Part shown: positions 8,845 to 17,620 of the stretch, one piece after another
Layout of the letters: each line of letters begins with the position of its first letter
Numbering within the stretch: the first letter of the stretch is position 1
From: a virus
IMG/VR virus record: IMGVR_UViG_3300014257_000015
Coordinates: 32,001 to 96,000 of that record
Length of the DNA stretch: 64,000 nucleotides
Strand: one strand, 5' to 3'
Position numbers and translations under genes: made by a program
Notes under the pieces: generated by a model
Seen by the model: only the letters and a program-made list of their open reading frames with translations
What the model was told of the DNA's origin: nothing
Databases searched by the model: none

Positions 8845-10626
8845 ATGATCAGAAAAACAGGACACTTTGAAGCCATCGCCCGCGCCATGGCGAGGAATCA
8901 CCAGATCAAGGTGATCCCCTCTGGCGCCGAGTGTTTGACTGATGGCGAAAACATTCTGATCCCATTCAATTCAGATCACTTTGACGAGGCGAGTGCGAAT
9001 GTGTTACACGGCCTATTGGACCATGAAGTGGGCCATGTGAAAGAAGAACGTCGACACAAAGATGCTGGTCGCAAATCCCCGTTAGAAATATTGAAATCAG
9101 CGAAAAGCGACAAAGAACGATTGGTGTTTAATGCTTTCGAGGACATCAGGATTGAGCGTTCTGAATCACAGCAGTTCATTGGGGTGGCTGAGAATCTCGC
9201 TGCTGCAAGTCGGCACGAAATACAGCGATTCAAAGATAAATATGCCGCCGAAGGCGGATTGGTAAATGCGAATTTTTGGCACACGTTCGTCTGCGCCATT
9301 ATAGCAACAGCGCAAGGCGATGATGTTTCGTGGATCCCGAGCGAATACAACAAATACCTAGCTGTTGTGTCGGATGAAATTGCCGCATCGAATTCAACAT
9401 CATGGGGGCAAGAAACACACCAATTAGCGGTCAGCGTGGTGAAGAAGATCGAAAAATTCGCTGAAGAGCAGAAACAAAAACTCGAAGCAGAAGAAAAAGA
9501 AGACTCTGAAGATCTTTCAGCCTCGAAGCCGAGCGAAGGTGGCGATGAACAAGGGAAATCAAAGGCTGGCGGGTTGGAATCGGAAACACAGAAACAAGAC
9601 GACGGCGAGTTGATAAAAATCGAAGTTGCAGAAGGGGCATTAGGCGAATCGGATACAGCAGACATCAAAGATGAAACAAAAGAGCGAATCAAGGAGATGG
9701 TGCGAAGGGACATCGATCTCAACAACCGTTACATCCCGCACCCTGCAGCCGTAGCGAGAGACAAAGTCATCAAACCATTAGGTGACATAGTTGATTACAA
9801 CCGCTGTCGCGATATCGTTTCTGATCAGATAACAGGCCTTCGCGGAAAACTTCTTTCGCTCATTCGTTCCAGGCAACCATCGGTTGAATTGTCGGGGCGT
9901 CGTCACGGTAAATTGGACACTAGACGTCTGGGAACAATTGCTTCAGGAAACACCAATGTGTTCAAGGTTGAAATTGAAGGTGAGAAGCTGGACACAGCAA
10001 TCACTGTGCTGATTGACATGTCTGGTTCAATGGGCAGCGGGCATTGCCCAGGACACCCAGCACACCAAGCCAAATTGATGGCCATTGCGTTGGCAGAAAC
10101 CTTTGAAGCGCTCCAAATACCTTTTGAAGTGATTGGATTTGAAACTGATACACCAGAACGATGCGTTGGAAAAGAGGAAATAAGTGATGTGTATTCTCGG
10201 TATTCTCCGATGTTATACCATGAGTTCAAATCGTTCGATCAAAAGCACAGAACAGTAAAGCAACGGATGTCTGACATTGCCGGCTCTTTAGACAATGACG
10301 ACGGCGAGGCGCTTCTGTACGCTGCGAAGCGATTGATCCAACGTGAAGAATCGCGCAAAATCATGTTCGTTCTTTCAGACGGTTGCCCGGCCACCAGAGA
10401 TGCATCGCACGAAAGGCTAAATGGACACTTAGTCGAGGCCATCCAGCAGGCAGCATCATGGGGGATTGAGATGTTTGGAATAGGTGCATGCTCTGATCAC
10501 GTCGAACAGTTCTATACCAAGAAGTTCAACAGCAGTTGTATCGTAGTCAAGGACATCAAAACATTGGCAGTCGATGTGTACAAACTGATGCGCGATCGAC
10601 TCCTGTCGACGAATAGGAGTGTGTGA
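8845..10626 (+). CDS. CobT-like vWA protein, partner of the AAA+ ATPase
   Basis: HEVGH and FEDIRIE in N-domain, acidic linker, MIDAS DMSGS, LSDGCP. Confidence 0.85.
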   Translation: MIRKTGHFEAIARAMARNHQIKVIPSGAECLTDGENILIPFNSDHFDEASANVLHGLLDHEVGHVKEERRHKDAGRKSPLEILKSAKSDKERLVFNAFEDIRIERSESQQFIGVAENLAAASRHEIQRFKDKYAAEGGLVNANFWHTFVCAIIATAQGDDVSWIPSEYNKYLAVVSDEIAASNSTSWGQETHQLAVSVVKKIEKFAEEQKQKLEAEEKEDSEDLSASKPSEGGDEQGKSKAGGLESETQKQDDGELIKIEVAEGALGESDTADIKDETKERIKEMVRRDIDLNNRYIPHPAAVARDKVIKPLGDIVDYNRCRDIVSDQITGLRGKLLSLIRSRQPSVELSGRRHGKLDTRRLGTIASGNTNVFKVEIEGEKLDTAITVLIDMSGSMGSGHCPGHPAHQAKLMAIALAETFEALQIPFEVIGFETDTPERCVGKEEISDVYSRYSPMLYHEFKSFDQKHRTVKQRMSDIAGSLDNDDGEALLYAAKRLIQREESRKIMFVLSDGCPATRDASHERLNGHLVEAIQQAASWGIEMFGIGACSDHVEQFYTKKFNSSCIVVKDIKTLAVDVYKLMRDRLLSTNRSV

Positions 10627-11810
10627 TGGCAGTGAACTTCAAAGACGGCTACACAGTGCCATCGCACGTTCGTGAGATGTATCCTGATTTGGAGAAAAAT
10701 TTGCTGCCATTGATTAAACGTCGAGCACAACAAATGCGCCATGCCATACCCGGGATCGACGTGGAAGATGCAATACAAGAGGGGCGTCTTGCTTTGTTGT
10801 CTTGTTTGACTCGGTATGATGCTAACAAGTGTTCGTTTGATTTGAAACGCTACGTGTCCAAGACATTACGCAACACATATGCTATGATGTTGTACGAGGC
10901 GTTGGCTCAACGTCGCACTCCTCGGGCACACATACAAGACGGCGAAGGGAATTGGGGTGTTGCGCCGCGTGTCCCGATTAGTCTTGATGAAATGTTGACG
11001 TACGAACCTGTTGAAGGCGATCTCAGCCCCGAGGCGCGCATCATCGAGATGGAGCGATTGAGCTCATGCATTCGAATCAAAATGAAAATGATGGAGATGT
11101 TGACCGGGCGAGATCTTGATGTGTTCAAGTCGATGCTTGAAACGTCGTGCGAATTTCTGGAACCAGAAGAGATCCGACGCATCATAATCAGAGAGGAGCA
11201 AAGGAAACAGACGGGCGAACCGCTAAAGCACGATGGGTGCTTAGCAGCAGTGGACGCGGCCGGCGGCGACGTAAATTCATTGTCCAATATTTTGGTTGCC
11301 AATTATCTCAACATCAACAAGAATATGATTGATTGGTCCATCAACAAAATTCGCATGCTGTTCTCCAAATTGGTGAAACAAGAAGAAGTTGAAGCGCCCA
11401 ATGTCTTGGAGGCGATGGAAAAGCGTGGCCTTCCAGCAATACAAGTGAATCGAGGAACGCACTTCAGCGCAAGTTTCGTTCGTTCCGTGATGACTGTGCG
11501 GAATTTGCGTGACGAAGAGCCGCACATAGAAATACAGAGCGCATCGCATCGGGGTTGCACAAATTATTGGATGCGGAGGATTGAGCGCCACACGTGGGGG
11601 GCGGTGTTGGTCCTGAAACGCGGCGGTGAATTTGTTACCGCTGTGATTGAAGGTCGTTTGAATTTGTTGACTGGCGACGTATTCAGCCTTGAATTGGGCG
11701 GGGCGAGAGATAAACTGCCGGTTGAATGGTATCAACAGTTGTCCAGAAGATTGTCGGAGGTGTACGGTGGCCAGGAAAATACGGATGCCACATTGCGTCG
11801 GGCAGTATGA
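10623..11810 (+). CDS. phage sigma70-family factor-like protein with long C-terminal extension
   Basis: region-2-like EDAIQEGRLALLSCLTRYD...F..YV, ISLDEM, later HTH-like segment. Confidence 0.7.
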   Translation: MMAVNFKDGYTVPSHVREMYPDLEKNLLPLIKRRAQQMRHAIPGIDVEDAIQEGRLALLSCLTRYDANKCSFDLKRYVSKTLRNTYAMMLYEALAQRRTPRAHIQDGEGNWGVAPRVPISLDEMLTYEPVEGDLSPEARIIEMERLSSCIRIKMKMMEMLTGRDLDVFKSMLETSCEFLEPEEIRRIIIREEQRKQTGEPLKHDGCLAAVDAAGGDVNSLSNILVANYLNINKNMIDWSINKIRMLFSKLVKQEEVEAPNVLEAMEKRGLPAIQVNRGTHFSASFVRSVMTVRNLRDEEPHIEIQSASHRGCTNYWMRRIERHTWGAVLVLKRGGEFVTAVIEGRLNLLTGDVFSLELGGARDKLPVEWYQQLSRRLSEVYGGQENTDATLRRAV

Positions 11811-12654
11811 GCCGAAGAATGATGTGTGCAATGGAGATCCGTCGAAATCGAAGGATACCGAAGATGGTGTGCCGTGTTGGTGTCGCGATAGATGCATAGC
11901 ACTTCGGTTGTGGTGTGGTGAGCGGGGGAAAGAACCGGATCACTTTGTTGCCTTGCAAATTGTGAAAGAAAATGGTGTAGAGATGACAGCAGCCGTGCCA
12001 AAGATGAGCAACGAGATATTCGCAAACACGCTCGATAAAACCATTGCCAATTATGGCGTAATCAACGGACGCATCACCAGACCAAACAAGGGCGGTGCAC
12101 CAAAGAAGAAAATACAAGCACCCGCGCCAACCAGAGGGAAACCTGGCCCGAAGAAGGGGAAGCGGCCTTGTGTTGAGGCAAGAGTGAAATCGCGCCGGGC
12201 AGTAATAGCACGTGCGAAAGCTCGACGAGAAGAGTGCAAGTTGTTGTTCGGCCATTTCAAGAAACATCTGGAGGTGGCCTTGCATGGACAGAAGTGGAGT
12301 GCTAGAAATTCAGCTATTGCTGCTGATAGGCTGTACATTAAAGACAGGTTTGACAATTCCGGCTACGCTACGGTGTATTGCAAAACGAGGATAGGGCGGG
12401 ATACGCCAGTGGTGACAGCAAGGCTGAAAACGGCGACGTTGACCTTGATGATAGGGTTGCCGGTGACTTTAGAACAGCTGGAATCACAGATAGGAAAGGC
12501 CACGTGCAAAAAGCTATCCCCATACAGAATATTGGACGGATATTTCATCACAGCCGTGAACAACGTCGACAAAGAGCGTGCTGCTTTGATCGCAGAGACT
12601 ATCGGCCGACTGGTGAAATCAGGTATTATAAATTTGCCTGCCGCCGCGCAATGA
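11785..12654 (+). CDS. hypothetical basic protein with Cys-rich N-terminus
   Basis: long ORF overlapping end of sigma-like gene; start chosen at MPHCVG. Confidence 0.65.
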   Translation: MPHCVGQYEPKNDVCNGDPSKSKDTEDGVPCWCRDRCIALRLWCGERGKEPDHFVALQIVKENGVEMTAAVPKMSNEIFANTLDKTIANYGVINGRITRPNKGGAPKKKIQAPAPTRGKPGPKKGKRPCVEARVKSRRAVIARAKARREECKLLFGHFKKHLEVALHGQKWSARNSAIAADRLYIKDRFDNSGYATVYCKTRIGRDTPVVTARLKTATLTLMIGLPVTLEQLESQIGKATCKKLSPYRILDGYFITAVNNVDKERAALIAETIGRLVKSGIINLPAAAQ

Positions 12655-12670
12655 CGCTGCAGAGCGGGCA

Positions 12671-12724
12671 GGGGCGAGCGATTGGATTCTTGGGCCTTGG
12701 CCGGTTCTCTCCAACGCTCGCCCC
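12671..12724 (+). promoter_or_regulatory. long GC-rich hairpin ahead of the nucleotide-modification operon
   Basis: GGGGCGAGCG-A-TTGGA pairs with TCCAA-CGCTCGCCCC. Confidence 0.55.
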
Positions 12725-12742
12725 GATCCATCGAGCAAATCC

Positions 12743-13705
12743 ATGAGAAAACGTGTTGTGATAGTTGGGGGTGGAGTCTCAGGGCTCATAGCATCGTATG
12801 TGTTCAGCGGAATCCCCGGTGTAGAAACAAGAGTATTTGAAGAGAAAACAACCGGCGGCGAATTTCTAGCTGGCGGCTTGAAGTACATCCACCACACAGA
12901 AGCAATGGTGGATATGTTTGATGAGCTAGGCCTGTGTCACTCAAATTTCATGGTGAATGGTGGCATATTGTTGAGCGACGTTGTTCAGCCGTACCCAAAG
13001 TGCTTCCAAGACATGGCACCCGAACGAGCCGCCCGCATCCAGGATGACCACTGGAGGAAGACGCGCCGATCAGAGCCGGGTTCTGATTCCAAGAAAGCAA
13101 TGAATGATCCGGCGAGCACGAAGCCAAGGCAAGCCCTTCGCTGTGACTTTGTGGATATGATCAATGAGCTATCAGATTGCGCAGCGATCACCAACGCAGC
13201 CGTAGTTGAGATCAACCAAAATGATTTGCTGACCAGCCAGAAAGAACGGGTGCTGTTTGATTTCGCGGTGGTGACTTTGCCGCTGTGGGTGATTAGGGAA
13301 TTGGTGAAGTGGTATGTGCCGCACGGTATGGCTATGGCCCTCAACGTGGCAAAGGTGAATGTTCGCGGGGATCGCTTTGCGCGCTGGGATTACGTCTACA
13401 CGCCCTACACGCCGTCCAATTGTGTCCATCGATTTTCACCGGTGGCAGGCGGATATTCGGTTGAGACGAATGGTGAATTGAATCTTGGTGAAATCGAGTC
13501 TGACTTGAATTTCCTTTGGCCTGAAGGTTGGGCAATGATGGAACTGAAAGAGGGGCTAAAGGGCCACCTGCTTTCATTGGACACTAAGCCTGATTGGCCG
13601 CGTAACATAGCACCAATCGGAAGGTTTGCAAAATGGGACAGCCGGGCAACCATCGATGTAGCGTTGGAAGACTCGATAGCGTTAGCCAAGAGGTGGCTTG
13701 GATGA
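12743..13705 (+). CDS. FAD-dependent oxidoreductase (Glf/UDP-galactopyranose mutase/HemY-like fold)
   Basis: VVIVGGGVSGL Rossmann motif, FEEKTTGG, C-terminal GRFAKW. Confidence 0.8.
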   Translation: MRKRVVIVGGGVSGLIASYVFSGIPGVETRVFEEKTTGGEFLAGGLKYIHHTEAMVDMFDELGLCHSNFMVNGGILLSDVVQPYPKCFQDMAPERAARIQDDHWRKTRRSEPGSDSKKAMNDPASTKPRQALRCDFVDMINELSDCAAITNAAVVEINQNDLLTSQKERVLFDFAVVTLPLWVIRELVKWYVPHGMAMALNVAKVNVRGDRFARWDYVYTPYTPSNCVHRFSPVAGGYSVETNGELNLGEIESDLNFLWPEGWAMMELKEGLKGHLLSLDTKPDWPRNIAPIGRFAKWDSRATIDVALEDSIALAKRWLG

Positions 13706-14649
13706 ATCTTTGGTCAGAGATGTGGGAAAGGCAGAAGAAGCAACAGGAGCACTTCAACCTCGACCCCAAAGCGATGTCACCAATCGTGAAGGCTGGTGTT
13801 GCGAAGGATTTGACGCTGGGATTGCTTGAAGAGGCGGGGGAGCTTTCGAGGGCTGTGGCTCGATTCAAGGCACACCTTTTGAAAGACAGGCCTGTGGACA
13901 AGATCAATGTCTGCGAAGCTTCGGTTGATGTGCTGAAATATCTGATAGCGATTGCGCAATTATATGGCGTCTCGTCTGAAGAGATGTTCAACACTTTCAT
14001 GCGAAAAAGCGACGTTGTTGATGACAAGGCGCGTTGCGAACGGGTGGAACTGGAGCGCCACACCAAGCTGATTGTGAGTGATCTGGATGGTTGCATTGCA
14101 GACCTATCTTCGTGGCAGGACGAAATGGATCGACAGCGCGGGAACGCTCCGATGAATGATGCCACATTGGCGATGCTCGAAAAATTGAAAGAGGAGTTTT
14201 ACAGATGCGGCGGGTTTTTGAATTTGCCGCCGATACCTGGAGCAATCGAAGCAACCAAGAAGATACGTGAAGCAGGATACAAACTGGCCATCATCACAGC
14301 CAGGCCAGACTGGCAATACAAAAGAGTGTACGCTGATACAATCCAGTGGCTTCAGAAACACGACATACAATATGATTTGATTTTGTTTCAGAAGGACAAG
14401 GCAGAAGCCGTGGTGGATCACATCTTTCCGGCGCGCCCTCTGTGTTTCGTTGAAGATAGGAGTAAACACGCCATCGAGGTCGCTAGCATTGGTGTGCAAG
14501 TGTTGTTTCTGACTTCTGGCAAAAGCGAATTGGCGCCTCACCCTTTGATTCAGCGAGTTCAAGGCTGGGGTGAAATCGTCGAGTACATCAATGCAACACA
14601 AGATGGGAGAAGTGAATATGGGACACCCACATTTGATGGGAACAGTTGA
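13702..14649 (+). CDS. MazG/all-alpha NTP pyrophosphatase fused to HAD 5'(3')-deoxyribonucleotidase
   Basis: N-domain LLEEAGEL...EASVDVL; C-domain SDLDGCIAD, IITAR, K, FVED; ATGA coupling. Confidence 0.82.
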   Translation: MNLWSEMWERQKKQQEHFNLDPKAMSPIVKAGVAKDLTLGLLEEAGELSRAVARFKAHLLKDRPVDKINVCEASVDVLKYLIAIAQLYGVSSEEMFNTFMRKSDVVDDKARCERVELERHTKLIVSDLDGCIADLSSWQDEMDRQRGNAPMNDATLAMLEKLKEEFYRCGGFLNLPPIPGAIEATKKIREAGYKLAIITARPDWQYKRVYADTIQWLQKHDIQYDLILFQKDKAEAVVDHIFPARPLCFVEDRSKHAIEVASIGVQVLFLTSGKSELAPHPLIQRVQGWGEIVEYINATQDGRSEYGTPTFDGNS

Positions 14650-15784
14650 GTACAGGCCGGTAACGTTTAGCAGCGGGAATGGCCCTTGGCTGTATGTTTA
14701 TCATGATGGAGAAACAAAGACAGATTATCTGGACTTTTTCTGTGATGTCGGAACGTCCAGCCTTGGTTACGGCGGGAAAGAACAACAGGATGTCATTTCC
14801 AGGATGTATCATTTGCCTGCTCACGCGCCGAACATATTTGGCTTCGATGAGCGAGACCGAGCGGCACGGCGCCTTTGTGAAATGACGCAAATGGATCGCG
14901 TGTTCTTTTGCAATAGCGGAGCAGAATCAGTTGAGGCGGCAATCAAACTGGCGCGGCTTTGGTCGTACAAGAAAGGCTGTGGCGCTGATCACATCTACAG
15001 TTATGTCGGCGGATTCCATGGGCGGACATACGGGGCGTTGTCCGCCGGTGACGGCGCGCCATATCACTACGAAGGTTTCGGCAAGATGTTGGACGGGGTG
15101 TTTCACTTCAAAGAAGCATGGGAAATCACAGACCCCGAAACTTGCGCCATCATTCTCGCCCCCTGCTTCGGCAACAACGACATTCGAGAGTACCCGGATG
15201 GTTGGTTGAAAGATCTCAGAGAATTCTGTGACAACAACGGGATTCTACTGATCTTTGATGAGGTGCAAACAGGCTCGGGGCGCACCGGCATGATGACGTA
15301 CGCGCAACGATGCGGCGTGAAGCCAGACATTATGACGTTGGCGAAGGGCATTGGGATGGGTGCCCCTGTAGGTGCCATGTTGGCGTCGGCTGACATCGCC
15401 GAAGTGTTCACGCCAGGAACGCATTTCAGCACATTCGGCGGGAATCCGTTGTCTTGTGCCTTCGTGAATGGGATGTTGGACTGGTTGGAACGTCCTGGAA
15501 ATCTGGAGTCTGTGAATCGAAAGGGCGAGTTCATAAAAGAAACATTGCAACGATTCGGATGGGCAAAGAACATTCGCGGCCCAGGAATGCTGATTGGATT
15601 TGATATCGACATTGACACATCTGAATTCGCGGCCCGCTGCTTAGAAAATCAGTTGCTCATCGGGGCCTTTAGAAAGGGGCCTGGGGCTGTAAAAATCAGC
15701 CCGCCGCTGAACATCGAAAAAGAAGACATCATCAAGGGATTGACCATATTGGATGAATCCTACAAGGAGCTGATCAATGGCTGA
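14618..15784 (+). CDS. class-III PLP aminotransferase (ArgD/ornithine aminotransferase-like, altered substrate site)
   Basis: YLDF, FCNSGAESVEAAIKLAR, FHGRT, LIFDEVQTGSGRTG, PDIMTLAKG (PLP Lys), STFGGNP. Confidence 0.93.
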   Translation: MGHPHLMGTVEYRPVTFSSGNGPWLYVYHDGETKTDYLDFFCDVGTSSLGYGGKEQQDVISRMYHLPAHAPNIFGFDERDRAARRLCEMTQMDRVFFCNSGAESVEAAIKLARLWSYKKGCGADHIYSYVGGFHGRTYGALSAGDGAPYHYEGFGKMLDGVFHFKEAWEITDPETCAIILAPCFGNNDIREYPDGWLKDLREFCDNNGILLIFDEVQTGSGRTGMMTYAQRCGVKPDIMTLAKGIGMGAPVGAMLASADIAEVFTPGTHFSTFGGNPLSCAFVNGMLDWLERPGNLESVNRKGEFIKETLQRFGWAKNIRGPGMLIGFDIDIDTSEFAARCLENQLLIGAFRKGPGAVKISPPLNIEKEDIIKGLTILDESYKELING

Positions 15785-16724
15785 GCCGAAAGTCACATTG
15801 CTGACTTGGACGAAAGACCCGTTGGAAACTGTGTACTCTGTATGGTGGCAGTCGAAGAACGAAAAACCGTTGATGACACCGGATGAGGTGAAAGAAAATG
15901 TCCCGCCGTCTGAGGTCGAAGAGCTATTCAAAGCGGTAATAGCACAACGAATCCCTGTTGGAGAACACCTGGATTTCGTGTTTGTTATGGAGAACGTTTC
16001 TGTGTCTTGGCGTGAGCAGGCCGTTCGCCACCGCATCGGGGTGAAAGTAGGCGGCGAACGTTTAGGGGTGGACGTAATACCGAACCTGGCTGATTCAAGC
16101 TGGTGGTCACAATCCATGCGCATCCAGAATATGGGAAGTTTCTTCAGCAACGGCGCATACAGGATGCCAAAATCATTGGATGCTCACCCGGAAGCTAAAG
16201 CTGTTTTTTGCGACATCATGTGTGACATCGAGGCTGCGTACAATAATCTGATTGACATGGGTGTGCCGATGGAAGACGCCAGAGAGGTTATCCCACTCGG
16301 CGCGCAACATCGGATCAGCTGGAAGCTTAACATAGGCGCTCTCCAGCACATCATGGAAAAGAGAGGTTGCTGGATACTGCAACTTGGAACGTGGGGGCCG
16401 ATCATTACCGGGATGGTGGATGAGTTGGCCAACAAGGTTCACCCTGTGTTTCGCGAATTGGTGACGCCGCCTTGCATCCGAGGGGATAAATTCAACTCGT
16501 GTGTGTTCATGGAAGAGTGTCGCCGCCGTTTGACAGGTGATGATGAATTGCCACCGTGCCCACTCCACTACAACTACCACGTTCTGCCTGAATCGCAACG
16601 TGGAATGATTCCGCTGTTGGTCAAGAAATTGGAAATCCCGATGAAGTCGGAGATGATGCGACGGTCGGAAGATTATGCGAATTTTTGGGGCCGAGATCCG
16701 TTCACAGGTGAAAAAATTGTGTGA
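15777..16724 (+). CDS. thyX: divergent flavin-dependent thymidylate synthase (ThyX-like)
   Basis: EHLDFVF..ENVS...EQAVRHR, SQSMR after a ~20 aa insertion, GVPMEDAREVIP, CIRG...C.F.E. Confidence 0.8.
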   Translation: MAEPKVTLLTWTKDPLETVYSVWWQSKNEKPLMTPDEVKENVPPSEVEELFKAVIAQRIPVGEHLDFVFVMENVSVSWREQAVRHRIGVKVGGERLGVDVIPNLADSSWWSQSMRIQNMGSFFSNGAYRMPKSLDAHPEAKAVFCDIMCDIEAAYNNLIDMGVPMEDAREVIPLGAQHRISWKLNIGALQHIMEKRGCWILQLGTWGPIITGMVDELANKVHPVFRELVTPPCIRGDKFNSCVFMEECRRRLTGDDELPPCPLHYNYHVLPESQRGMIPLLVKKLEIPMKSEMMRRSEDYANFWGRDPFTGEKIV

Positions 16725-17301
16725 CAAGATAATCGTGTTGGACGGGGTGAATGGGACAGGGAAATCAACGAGCGCAAAAGTTCTGCGCGAATTGACAGGG
16801 TGGCCCATCATACGGGCGTTTCGTGATGACTCTGATTCACATCTAGGATACAACGCGCCTATGGAGGGAGAACTCAAAAAACTCGGCGTTCCTGTGAACA
16901 CATACGTTGATGACTTGTACGTTGCTGATTTTTTGCGCGCAACACGGCGAGGAGCGATATTGGATAGATCGATGCCATCGGCATTGGCATATCCGATGAT
17001 GCGCGGCGAAGAGATAACACCAAAGACAGCAAAAAAATTGGTTGTTGTTTGGGAGCAGATTCTGCGCGCTGCGAAGATACCTGTGGTTTATGTTTGGATG
17101 CAAGCATCGCACGAAGTGGTGAAAGAGCGTTGTGTTGGACGGTGGCATCCAAACAAAGCACAATACGCCAAATTGGAATCGACTTTCAAGAGAGTTTTCG
17201 TGACGTTGTCGCTGTGCAAAAGAAGAGTGGTGACCACAGAGCTTAGTGAAAACGAAACGATCAAAACCGTTCGCCAGGTGGTGGATGATGCCGACGATTG
17301 A
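16717..17301 (+). CDS. dNMP (thymidylate-like) kinase
   Basis: IIVLDGVNGTGKST P-loop, ILDRSMPSALAY; overlaps thyX end; start approximate. Confidence 0.82.
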   Translation: MCDKIIVLDGVNGTGKSTSAKVLRELTGWPIIRAFRDDSDSHLGYNAPMEGELKKLGVPVNTYVDDLYVADFLRATRRGAILDRSMPSALAYPMMRGEEITPKTAKKLVVVWEQILRAAKIPVVYVWMQASHEVVKERCVGRWHPNKAQYAKLESTFKRVFVTLSLCKRRVVTTELSENETIKTVRQVVDDADD

Positions 17302-17620
17302 TGAAATCAGAGTTTGGTTGAGTGGCCAAGAGATCGAAGGATTGCCCGCTTTGCGTGAGCGTGAGCGTGAGCCAGAAGCGAAACATCCGCCGAAGGCAAT
17401 GAAAACGCCTGCCGATATGCGCAACCAAGGGAGATATCGGCTGCACCGTGATGACTCCGGTCACGTCATCGATGCCACTTTGTATTTTGGAAAGTACAAT
17501 GGGTTCTGCCTAAGTAAACTTTCAACCAATAGAGAAGGGAAGGACTACCTGTCATGGATGTTGAAACAGGACTTCCCTGGTGAATTGGTGGAGTTGATCA
17601 CCAGTATGGGATGGGCGTGA
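17285..17620 (+). CDS. small protein with FGKY..YL.W motif (exonuclease X C-terminal/DUF3820-like)
   Basis: LYFGKYNG....DYLSWMLKQDFP; coupled to dnaE. Confidence 0.6.
   Translation: MMPTIDEIRVWLSGQEIEGLPALREREREPEAKHPPKAMKTPADMRNQGRYRLHRDDSGHVIDATLYFGKYNGFCLSKLSTNREGKDYLSWMLKQDFPGELVELITSMGWA

Noticed and set aside
7592-10626. Cobalamin biosynthesis (cobS/cobT) auxiliary genes
   Set aside because: No cobN or other cob genes; phage MoxR-vWA pairs are general chaperone modules.
14618-15784. argD as an arginine-biosynthesis auxiliary gene
   Set aside because: No other arg genes, substrate-gating residues altered, and it is embedded among nucleotide enzymes.
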